Assembly (NCBI GenBank): GCA_964252035.1
Contig: OZ176202.1
Strand: one strand, 5' to 3'
Source of the DNA: Podarcis erhardii
Lineage: Eukaryota
Length of the DNA stretch: 64,000 nt
Shown: piece by piece, positions 27,638 to 37,127 of the stretch
How positions within the stretch are numbered: the stretch's first letter is position 1
Layout: the number at the start of each line of letters is the position of its first letter
Made by a program: the position numbers and the translations under genes
Notes under the pieces: generated by a model
Told to the model about the DNA's origin: nothing
The model's database searches: none
The model's input: the letters and a program-made list of their open reading frames with translations, nothing else

Positions 27638-28642
27638 TAATGTGCAGGTAGAGGTGAGACGGGCCTTTTTTTGTTTGCTGGCTTGCTTTTGTTAATGATT
27701 ACTCCTTTTACATTGGTCTAGTCAATTTTTTAATAAGGATGCAGCATTTCAGAAAATATATTCATTTTGGAGCTTAATTGTTGCTCATTTGCAGAATTCC
27801 CATGTGCCCGAAGTCTTCCCCCTCCATTCAGTAGTGCAGATGCTTTCTTGCAGGCATCTTGGTTACAGAGAAAGTGCTCTCCCCGATGTTACAGTGCTTG
27901 ACAAAGCTCTTGCGAATGCTGGCACTTGTGCATGAAAGAAGCTCTGTATGTGTGTTGCAATGTACGTGGGTTGCATGTACTGGAAGCACAGATACATGCA
28001 TGCAGCCTTATACTAACAAGAGCTGCTGGAGCACTTGGCCAAAAGACAGTGTTCAGGGCGGGGGAGAGAATGTGTCTGTGAGAGCTGCTTCCAATGTCCA
28101 ATGTGTGCCGGAAGTGCAGGTTTGGCGGAGTGGAATGGAATGTTCTCTGTAGTTTTCCAAGAACAAAAACAGCTGGGCAAGAAGCTACTGAGACAGTTTC
28201 TAAATTTGAAAAATAAAAGCCACACAGCCATTTAACCATTGCTATCTCTCCTCCTGAAGTTCCTCATAAACAGAGCACACACGTAATATTTTTAATCCGA
28301 ATGAAAGGCTATTCTTGATTCTTTTCCTTTAAAAACTTAGGCTACCCCTCCTTTTTGGGGGGGTTAAGACTTTGAAAATTGCAGCATTTGGATTATTGAC
28401 AGTGACGTTTCTCCCTGTATTTCTCTTCCCAGTGGAAAAAAGTAAACGGCAAACAGCATGCTCTCTTCACGCAAAGCAAATGTTACTTATTAGAGGTCTC
28501 CTGTGGTCAGCAGAAGGCTGTCTATAGGATAACTGGAAATGGTGCTGCTGACTGAAAGTCTGATGTGTTCTGCCAATTCCCAGATGCTATATTTTCAGCC
28601 AGGGTGGGTTTATTTATTGTAGCAGTTTAAAGTGTTGTTAGA

Positions 28643-28675
28643 GAGGGAGGGAGGGAGGGAGGGAGGGAGGGAGGG
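28643..28675. repeat. (GAGG)n microsatellite
   Basis: Direct read. Confidence 0.9.
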
Positions 28676-29535
28676 AGCAGGAAGCAGACTGTTTCTGGCC
28701 CTGATTCAGTTCTGGTTGAGCACAGCTAGTTGTATGCACCAGCATAGTACGTATCTCAGGATGATGCCTCTCCATCTGCATCTATCCAGCCACTTTGGTG
28801 AGGATAAGATCAAGACTGTGGCACAGATCCACATGGACACCTTTATTCATTGATTTAAAAATCATTAACAATTCATTAAAATCAACAAAATAATAAATCC
28901 CAAGACCATAAATGCCAGCACAGTCCAATTATCCCTGGCTCTAAATTAAATTTAAAGTTCTGAAAAGAACCTGTCTCTGCCATTTTTTTTAAAGAGAAAG
29001 CTTGCCAGCTAAGCCTCCATGAGCAGGGAGTTCCTCACCTGGGGTTGGACCATTTGCTGCCTCTGCATCACTTCCAACAGTAGGACATTCAACAGGTAAT
29101 GGTGCACTCTGAGGGCTTCCTAAGGAGATCTTAACCAGTGTTAGAAACTGAGATATGAAAACTAGGAGCTAAATGGCACCTTAAAGCTAGGTTACGGGCG
29201 CAACAATGGAATGTCTAGGTGCACTCTTTTATAACAAGAACACAAAGCTGAAAATGAACGAACTGCAGCTAAAATTTTAAGTTCATTTTTCACATGGTCT
29301 AGTCCTTCCTTTACCCACCCACCTAATATTCTTAAGAGGGTCTCTTCTCCAGTCTTCAGCTGGAAGTGGGGAGGCAGGAAAAGGTCCTCCTTTCCTTCCA
29401 CTCTGCAGTTTTAATCTGAAATCTTAGGTGCAGTACTGCGCCCAGAGCTCAGAAACTGCTTGCAGTAATGAAATTCCCTGTCACAAAATGTGCCTAGAAT
29501 AATGGGAGTTTCAAACACCGATCTTAACATATCAG

Positions 29536-29687
29536 AACATGTATATGAAGCTACCTTAAAGCAAGTTGGACCGCTGGTCCATCTGGATCACTACTGTCTA
29601 TTCACTGACTGGCAGTGGCTCTCCAAGAGATGCCAAGTATTGAACCATACATAGCATGCACACTGCCCTCCTCTGAGCTATGGCCCT
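29536..29687 (-). mobile_element. Squam2-like SINE
   Basis: Reverse complement of GGGCCATAGCTCAG...CTGCCAGTCAGTG...GATGGACC. Confidence 0.68.
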
Positions 29688-31280
29688 AGGTGATACATAC
29701 GTCTGTGTACCTGAATCAGTATCAAATACATGTGTAAAATGCTGCTTCCACACACAGATGTCTCTTTCTGGATCAGAATTTGAATAACAGATAATGAACT
29801 TACCATTACTACTTAAGCAAAACTACTCTATTAGTAGTAGTAATAATAGAAGTAGTAGTAGTAATGTATATACACTGCTTAACGCCCAGATGGCTTCTTA
29901 AAGAGTTCACAAAATATAAAAAACCAATTGCACAACATTGTAGAAATATACCATAATTAAAGTGCACAATTATTAAAATACACAATAAAACAATCCCATT
30001 AAAGCAGCACACCAATTCAAACCACAATTAAAACAGGAGATTCAGGTCCAGCGATCATGGGAATCCCTGTGTAAACAGGTACATCTTCAAACTGGACTCC
30101 ATTTAAAAGATGGTCAAAACTGACAGTCCGATAAAGGACACACGTACAGATCAGATCTCATGATGCCCTGTATGCTAAACTATTCATTTCCATGCTGCCC
30201 CTTTTAAAGTGAGCATTGAAACACCTTTTATAATGTTCAGTTTTCTGCTCTTGGTGTTCAGAACAGATTCTCCTGGGGTTATTTTGATGAGGTACTTTAA
30301 ATAGTTGGTCATATGAAAAGCACATGGAGGCTATTTGAAATAACCTCCACATGGCTGCTATTCCCAGCAACAGCTATTATATGTAGAGGATTGCCCCATT
30401 ATGAAGAGAATCGCCACACGACCACCAAGCATTCCTGGGCGACAGCATAGAGACATTCCTGGCAGTGAAAATGATCACTGCCACATGGAGCATTTGCCAT
30501 GCGTAGGCTGCTTTTCAGTTGGTTTTCATCAAATAATTTCCCAACTTGAATTGTTTATAAATATTACTAAGGACTTCAGGGAAAAGCCCCCCTCAACTGT
30601 TGAAATGCCTGGTTGTAACGCTTTTGAAATAACTTTGTGCAAAGGCTGGAATGCTAAGTAGAACTCACTGACTGTGATCTGAAGGGCTGGAAGTCCAAGA
30701 GGTGTGTGTGTTTGGGGTGGGTGTGTTCCTTTCGCAATTAAGTACATGCAGATTTAAGATTATTAGGATAAACGTTGTTTTCGGATTTTTCAAGCTCCCA
30801 TATTAAGGATGGTTATTTTTGTTCTGACAAAAAAAAAGTTATGTTTGGGTAAATTCATACAGTAAACATAATTAACCCCAAAAAAATTTTCACTCAGTTG
30901 GAAATTTGAGCCAGACCTATTCCCAGAATCGTAGGGCTGAACCCTGAAATGCTTAGAATAATAATAACACAATGTCTTGGAGCATCTCAGAGAGCCTGCA
31001 ATAACCTCAACTGCCTACGTGCCTGTGGTGGGTGGGAGGCTAAAGTGGGCAGAGCAACAAACATAAATGAAACCTTTTGTACAGAAGGCTAATTTCTACA
31101 CACAAACTCCTCTCTACCCTCCATCCAAGGAAGCATAACACATTAACAGAGTTCAAGGACACATTCCAGCCAGGCAAAAACTCTCAAGGAGGGTGTGAAG
31201 CAGGGCCAGTGTGAAGCCTGCAAAGAGAGGTTGTGGCTCGGTTTGTGGGGCCTCGCAAGAATCTCTAGGTTCCAGAGATA

Positions 31281-31689
31281 GTGTCCAAGGAAATTCATCC
31301 CACTTTACCAGTCCTAAGGAACCTACAATGGCTCCCAGTATGTTTCCGAGCACAGTTCAAAGTGTTGGTGTTGACCTTTAAAACCCTAAACAGCATTTGC
31401 CCTATAAAGGAGCATCACCACTCCCGTTGTCCAGCCCAGACAACGAGTGGTCCAGGTCCGAGGGCCTTCCAGCGGTTCCCTCATTGCTAGAAGTGAAGTT
31501 ACAGGGAACCAGGTAGTGGGTCCTCTCAGTAGTGGCATCCACCCTGTGAAATTCCAACCCCCCCCCCCAATCAGATGTCAAGGAGATAAAGATACAACTC
31601 TGAAGGCAACCCTGTATAGTTTTTAATGTTTGATGCTTTATTATGTTTTATATCAGTTGGAAGCTGCCCAGAGTGGCTGGGGCAAGCCG

Positions 31690-31690
<1 letters not shown>
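31281..31690 (+). mobile_element. L2-type LINE 3' end (second subfamily), followed by (GTT)n
   Basis: LQWLPVCFRAQFKVLVLTFKTL motif. Confidence 0.75.
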
Positions 31691-31721
<31 letters not shown>

Positions 31722-31809
31722 ACCAAAATCCAATGAGGCATATTCAGTGGAGAGATAGAGACTCTATTTGTCGCATGTGCCCCCCACCCCCATTTTGTTC
31801 TGCTGAATG

Positions 31810-32000
31810 TGGAACAGAGAGGCCCGGGCTGAAATCTCTCATTAGCTATGAAGATGAGTCAGTGACCTTGGTTCAATTGCTGTCACTCAGCTTAACCTAC
31901 TTCACAGATTTCTGGTTAGAATAAAGTGAGATAAACCTTTATGTATGCCATTCAGAGATGCTCTAAAGAAAGGCTGGGATACAAATGAAATAAATAAATA
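31810..32000 (+). mobile_element. Old MIR/Squam3-like SINE
   Basis: GTGACCTTGG...CTCAGCTTAACCTACTTCACAG core, AAAT tail. Confidence 0.62.
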
Positions 32001-33304
32001 CTAAGCACTGTCTAGCCCTCACCCATAGCTTGAAAATAAAGCACTTTTTTTTTCTTGAGCCCAGTGAATTCTGTGGGAAGCCTTCATGCCATAGAGTGAA
32101 CAAATGTAAGCAATCAGTAAGCTCGGGGAACAATTTTCTGGAAGCAGGATATAAATAAATATTGCCCCTCCCCTGAATTATTTTACTCAGTAGTAAAGTT
32201 TATACCCTGTTCCACATTGCTTTAGAATAGTAGAACAGCCTCCTTAGAGAATATTACCAGCATTTGTAGGCTAGTCAGACGGTGCTGCTGACTTGTAATT
32301 CATTGCTTCTAAATGACCCTGTTGCGAAAATAAACTCTTGCTTTAATCTGCAAAAGGTCACACTTGTAGCTGGGTGTAGCTTTATACATTAGCGTTTCCT
32401 TTCTCTGCGATGCCCAATGAACTGGTAAAAAAACGTGAACCAAACGCACAGAGCCAGTCAGTCATGTAGCAAGGATTCCAAAGGATACCAGCTGTATCTC
32501 ATCTTGCTAATCTGCAGGCTTATTTTTTAAAATATAGAAAGGGGGAAGAATTTTAAGAGTTAAATCACACAACCCTTTTTATTTTTAAAGCAAGTGGATT
32601 CCTTGTTGCGTTGTTGGGAATGATAAATTGATACCACATGTTGATCCCAGACAAAAAAGCCTCTGTATTCCAGTAGGTGCTTGCAGCTGGTGTCTGAATT
32701 AATGGGCAAGCTCCATAAGGTAAACACGGTATGGAAGAGACTAAAACAGACACGAGCTAGGAGGAGTGGGGAAATTCTTGCAGAAGGGGATCTGCCAATT
32801 TTCCTTGACCAAAGAAGATGGGGGAAAGCACGAAACACATTCAAATAGCATACTGAAGTAGGAAGGCCAGTTAGTGGTCCTGGTCAAGCTAATGAGACAA
32901 TATAAACTGCTCTGAGAACAACCTCCAGGGCCCATAGAGAACTATGAGGAATACTGAGGTGGCCAAGTCCACTCTGGGATGTTAGGGGTCAATTTGAACC
33001 CAGAATGCCTTGTCAAAAACACTGACCTCTCAACCATATTGGCTCTCCTATTTGTGAATATGAGAATTGTGAAGAAAAAAATCCACAATTGTTAGAATTA
33101 TGTTTTTAAGAAAAGAAATAAAGACATATTCTCCTAAATTCAGAGATTCTTCTATGCATGTGGGAGTTTCAGTGCATACATACGTAGAAACACTATGCGC
33201 CCATCAGAGTATATTCACAGGGCTCTGGGTTTTGTTTATTTATTTATTTAAATTTATTAAATTTATATACCACCCTTCTTCTGAGGCCCACCCTGCCCTT
33301 TAAG

Positions 33305-34576
33305 CAGGGTTCCTCAAACTTTTTAAACGGGGCCAGTTCACTGTCCCTAAGACACTGTTGGGGGCCAGACTATAGTTTGAAAAAAATATGAACGAATTCC
33401 TATGCACACTGCACATATTTTATCAGTGGTGCACAAAGAACAGGAACAACAATACAATATTTAAAATGAAGAACGATTTTAATCAACATAAACTTGTAAG
33501 TATTTCAACGGGAAGTACTGGGCCTGCTTTTGGCTAATGAGAGATGGTCAATATCCGGTTCCATATTTGTCACTGCTAGTCATAGCAAGTGATGCAAGTG
33601 TTCATCAGTTAATCTGAATCTGGTTGGAGATTTCAGGTGTTTCATTCGGGGGAAAGTCTGTTCACAGACATAAGTGGTGCCAAAGATGGTTGCAATTTTG
33701 AGTGCATGGTTCCTGAGATTAATATATGTCTCAGAGGGGAGAGATGCATAGAAATTAGTGAGGCTGCTTGATTTGAATGTGTCTTTCAGAGAGTCGCAGT
33801 TCTGTAGTTCGGCCAATTCCATTTGGTAAATAGGATCAACAATTTCAATGTCAGCAGAAAATGGGTTCCAGAAAAGCTGTATGTCCTGTTCATGGTGATG
33901 AAGTCCTTTAAATCTAATTTGAAACTCCTTTTGCAACATTTCTAGTAAATCCACACATGTTTTGTTTGGGAATGCAACTGCTGGTTTTTCCGCCAACAGG
34001 TTTTGAGTTGTGGGGAGATGGCAGAAGTTTCCTCCTCCACTTGTTTAATGAGGAGGTCTAATTTTACTTGAAATGCTTTCACGTGTGAATGCATATCACA
34101 GATGAGCTTCCCCTTTCCTTGAAATTGAACATTGAAACTGTTGAGTAGCTCTGTTACATCTGTCAGAAAGGCAGGGTGCCATTTCCATTCTGCCAAGGCT
34201 GCCGCATGGGACCCGTGCGCATGTTAAGGAGGCAACCAGCCGGTGAGGTGCTGCTCTGGCGAGCATGGAGCCAGCCAGAGGGGAAGGAGGGGAAGGGCTG
34301 GCGTGGAAGGGGTTCCTTCGCTGCCACCCTGCCCTCCGGCGGCTTAAAGGGGCAGTGCACCGTTATCCAGCAGCCAGCACCAGCAGTAACAACCGCATTA
34401 CCAGGGCTTTGTTACATGCACACACTTTTGCCTCAGGGCTCTTCCCGCCCAGCCGCTTCTGAGCCTTGGGCCTTGCCAAGGGGGGTGGGGTCTGGAGTGA
34501 TCCGCTGCGCAGGCAGGCCGGGTTCAGGAGCCTGGTGGCCAGATCTGGCCCGCAGACCATAGTTTGAGGACCCTTG
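33305..34576 (-). mobile_element. Internally deleted hAT (Charlie-group, OC1/OposCharlie1-like) DNA transposon, 1272 bp
   Basis: 16-bp TIRs CAGGGTTCCTCAAACT / CAAGGGTCCTCAAACT (14/16), perfect 8-bp TSD CCTTTAAG (33297-33304 and 34577-34584); family name from recall. Confidence 0.88.
33505..34196 (-). pseudogene. hAT transposase C-terminal remnant (GTF2IRD2/EPM2AIP1-like)
   Basis: AFLTDVTELLN...FGTTYVCEQTFPRMK...RLTDEHL dimerisation-domain motifs; frameshift near 34030; premature TGA at 33582-33580. Confidence 0.88.
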
Positions 34577-34790
34577 CCTTTAAGGCTTTATGACTCAAAA
34601 CCAGCACTTTGAACTGGACCTGGAAACTAATTGGCAGCCAATGCAGTTGGGCCAGGATTTACATTATATGCTCAAACTGTCTTGCATCAATGAGCAACCT
34701 GGCCGCTAAATTGAGCACCAACTGAAGTTTCCAAACTGTCTTAAGAGGCTGCCCCATGTATAATGCATTGCAGTAATCTTAACCCAGAGG
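34577..34790 (-). mobile_element. L2 fragment split by the hAT insertion (tail at 33225-33304)
   Basis: Continuous L2 sequence (HWLPI region) on both sides of the 8-bp TSD. Confidence 0.8.
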
Positions 34791-35069
34791 GTGCCAGAGC
34801 AAATGGTTTGTGGATCAAAGCCATTATCTGGCAAAGTGAAAAGAAAATGCTCGGGAATCTTTAAAAAAATTATTGGAGCCGTGCATCTTTGCTTACACAG
34901 AAAGAATAGTGGCTAGCATAACTTTTTGTTTTCTTAAAGTGATACTCCAATATATGCCTACTGTGTATAGATGCAGGAAGAACTTGGGTCTGGCTTTTTC
35001 CTTTAATTGACCTGGCCTCAGACAAAACAGGTTTTTTTAAGTGCTTACTATTGAATTAAAAAAGCATGT

Positions 35070-35831
35070 TGTCAGGGCTGCCCGAGGTCCCAGCTCACAA
35101 AGGACCAACGCCAGGTCATTGTTATATGCAAAAGTCTTTATTGAAGTTCAGTTTCTATTTCAAAGCCGTGGCGCGCAGCTCTACGTCTTAAACTCTAGAC
35201 CGCCGAAGCTCCGTCTGAATCTCCTCCCCCCAGACACCAGTTTAAGACTCTAGCCTTGCTCCACCTCTTCCTTCGCTCCTTTCTCCTCTGGGTCCGCCTG
35301 TCCGCTGGGGTCTCGCCCTTTCTGGACTCTTCTGATGCTGAGTCCCCTGAGTCATCCCCCACCCTCCGGCGGGCTTTAGGACCTGGTTCCCCCTCCGGGC
35401 TACCTGCTGTGCCGCGCGTCTGTACATTTGAACTTGGCGCGCGCGCCCAGCCGGCAACCTTCCTCCTGACCGTTCCCTCGCTCTCCGATGGAGGCGTGGT
35501 CAGCCCTAACTCATCTTCTCTCCCTCCTGGAGGAGACGCTGGCCCTGACACCTGAGATTCTTCCCCCCCACTACACTCTGGTGGGGAAGCTGGTCCTGAT
35601 CTCCAGCAGCTGCTCTGGGAATCCCCGCTGGCCCCTTGCTTCTGGTGCGTCCCCCCTGGAACCCCCCTTGCCCTGGCCATCGGCGCCCCCCTCTGGGAAT
35701 CTTCTGATTCGCTGGAAAGGCTCATGGAATCTCTCGGGCCACTGTCATCTTCTCCCATGCTGCCCTCAGATTCTTCCCCTTCGCTCTCCATTCCCTCTCC
35801 TCCCTGTGCCTCTGCTCCTGAGCCCCTGACA
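35070..35831 (-). mobile_element. Solo LTR (762 bp) of a second Gypsy-type family
   Basis: TGTCAGGG...CCCTGACA inverted termini, perfect 5-bp TSD CATGT (35065-35069 and 35832-35836), AATAAA on - strand at 35142-35137, reading frame open from 35830 to the stop at 35195. Confidence 0.9.
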
Positions 35832-36731
35832 CATGTGGACCAGATTTCTTGTATACCCAGATGTCTTCCATTTACTTAATGTCATCCATCCCATTTATGT
35901 CAGTGGTAGGGATGCCAATGTGAATCATTCACTTTATCCCTGTGGTACATAAAAAACAGTTTTTTATGCATATAAAAACCTGTATTTTGTGAGCTCTTGA
36001 TGCCTTTTGTTTTCAAAATATGCTGGCAAAAGATGTATATTTGTCTTTAAAACCTAGATACAACCAATATTCACCCATATTTCAAAAAGAACTTGTTAAT
36101 CTCCCCATTTAAGCATTCAGCATCACAAAGGGATTTTACCAGATTTTAAAACTTTAATCAAAAGTGCTACTCTAGGCTATACTTTTAAGTATAGACTCTA
36201 CAGGTATTTTGCTCAGTTCAGCTATTGTAAACTTGAGGCACTTCTCATAGAGGTGGTGGGATGGCTTTTCAACTCTTGGTTCATTTCCTCTTGCGTTGAG
36301 TCTATCCACCCTAACAAATGTCCCAAATGGCATAGAAATTTCTGGGCAGTGGGTATGTTTTCCCTTTTAGTTGAGGCAGTTATAGGCATATCAATGGGGC
36401 TTTCACTTCCTAAATTTTTCACTCAAAGCTTGTCAACATGTTGGAACTTTTTACAGGTTGACTAGTTCTTTATAACGTAACAGTTGGCTGTGCTGTTGTA
36501 TATAATGGCAAGCATTATTTGGAAAATTATGAGGCTTTTCTGGGCACCAGAGTATTAGGCCAGTCTCTTCTTTCAGATGTCGCTGAAGGAGTGTCACTAA
36601 AGGAAAAGAGGAGGAAATACATAACGAATCCATAAACTGTAGAGTGAGTAACTATAGCTAGTGCTATTTGTAGAAGGCCATTAGGTTAAAACATGTCAAA
36701 CATGTTTTACGTCCTGATCATGAAGACCTTG

Positions 36732-37127
36732 TGTGATGGGATAGTGAGCTGCTTGTGCGTAAAAGCTTGATCCCTCTGGGGTTTGGCTGGTCATCCAAAC
36801 CGATGCACTAACGGAGCCCCCAAAGCATGACTCCGTCAGTCGCTGGTAGTATCTGACAGTGGGCGTCTACGGAATTTACGCCAACATAAAAGCTCTTTGA
36901 CAGACATGCGCTTTCGAGACTCTCTGCGTGACAGTTTCCGGCGAAGGGTGGGCGTTCCCAACGGGGGTCCCGTTACCTCTCCACTACTCTCACTGGAAGC
37001 ATCCCAGAGCCTCCCCTCCGCTGTGACTCCTGCACTCCCCCTGCTGGTTCCCTCTTCTACTGCAGATTCTCTCCTATTCTCCTGTAGCCTGTCCACCACC
37101 TGTCTCTCCGATGGCAGTTCCCTGACA
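36732..37127 (-). repeat. 3' LTR (396 bp); U3 and the start of R are protein coding
   Basis: Direct repeat of 41825-42220; contains the last 96 codons and the stop of pol. Confidence 0.97.

Noticed and set aside
15550-30080. Scattered GTAAACA FOXO-binding motifs suggesting autoregulation
   Set aside because: 7-mer frequency is compatible with chance in AT-rich DNA; no clustering.
32290-32480. Candidate conserved intronic enhancers (also ~8050-8260, ~28260-28520 and ~42380-42500)
   Set aside because: They look repeat-free, but conservation cannot be shown without multi-species alignment.
34176-34562. 128-aa + strand ORF in the hAT GC-rich segment
   Set aside because: Expected by chance in GC-rich DNA; no motif.
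35900-36726. Possible Penelope-like remnant as the target of the retrotransposon (GISMG, TRVLGQ words)
   Set aside because: Only isolated short words; cannot be supported without a profile search.
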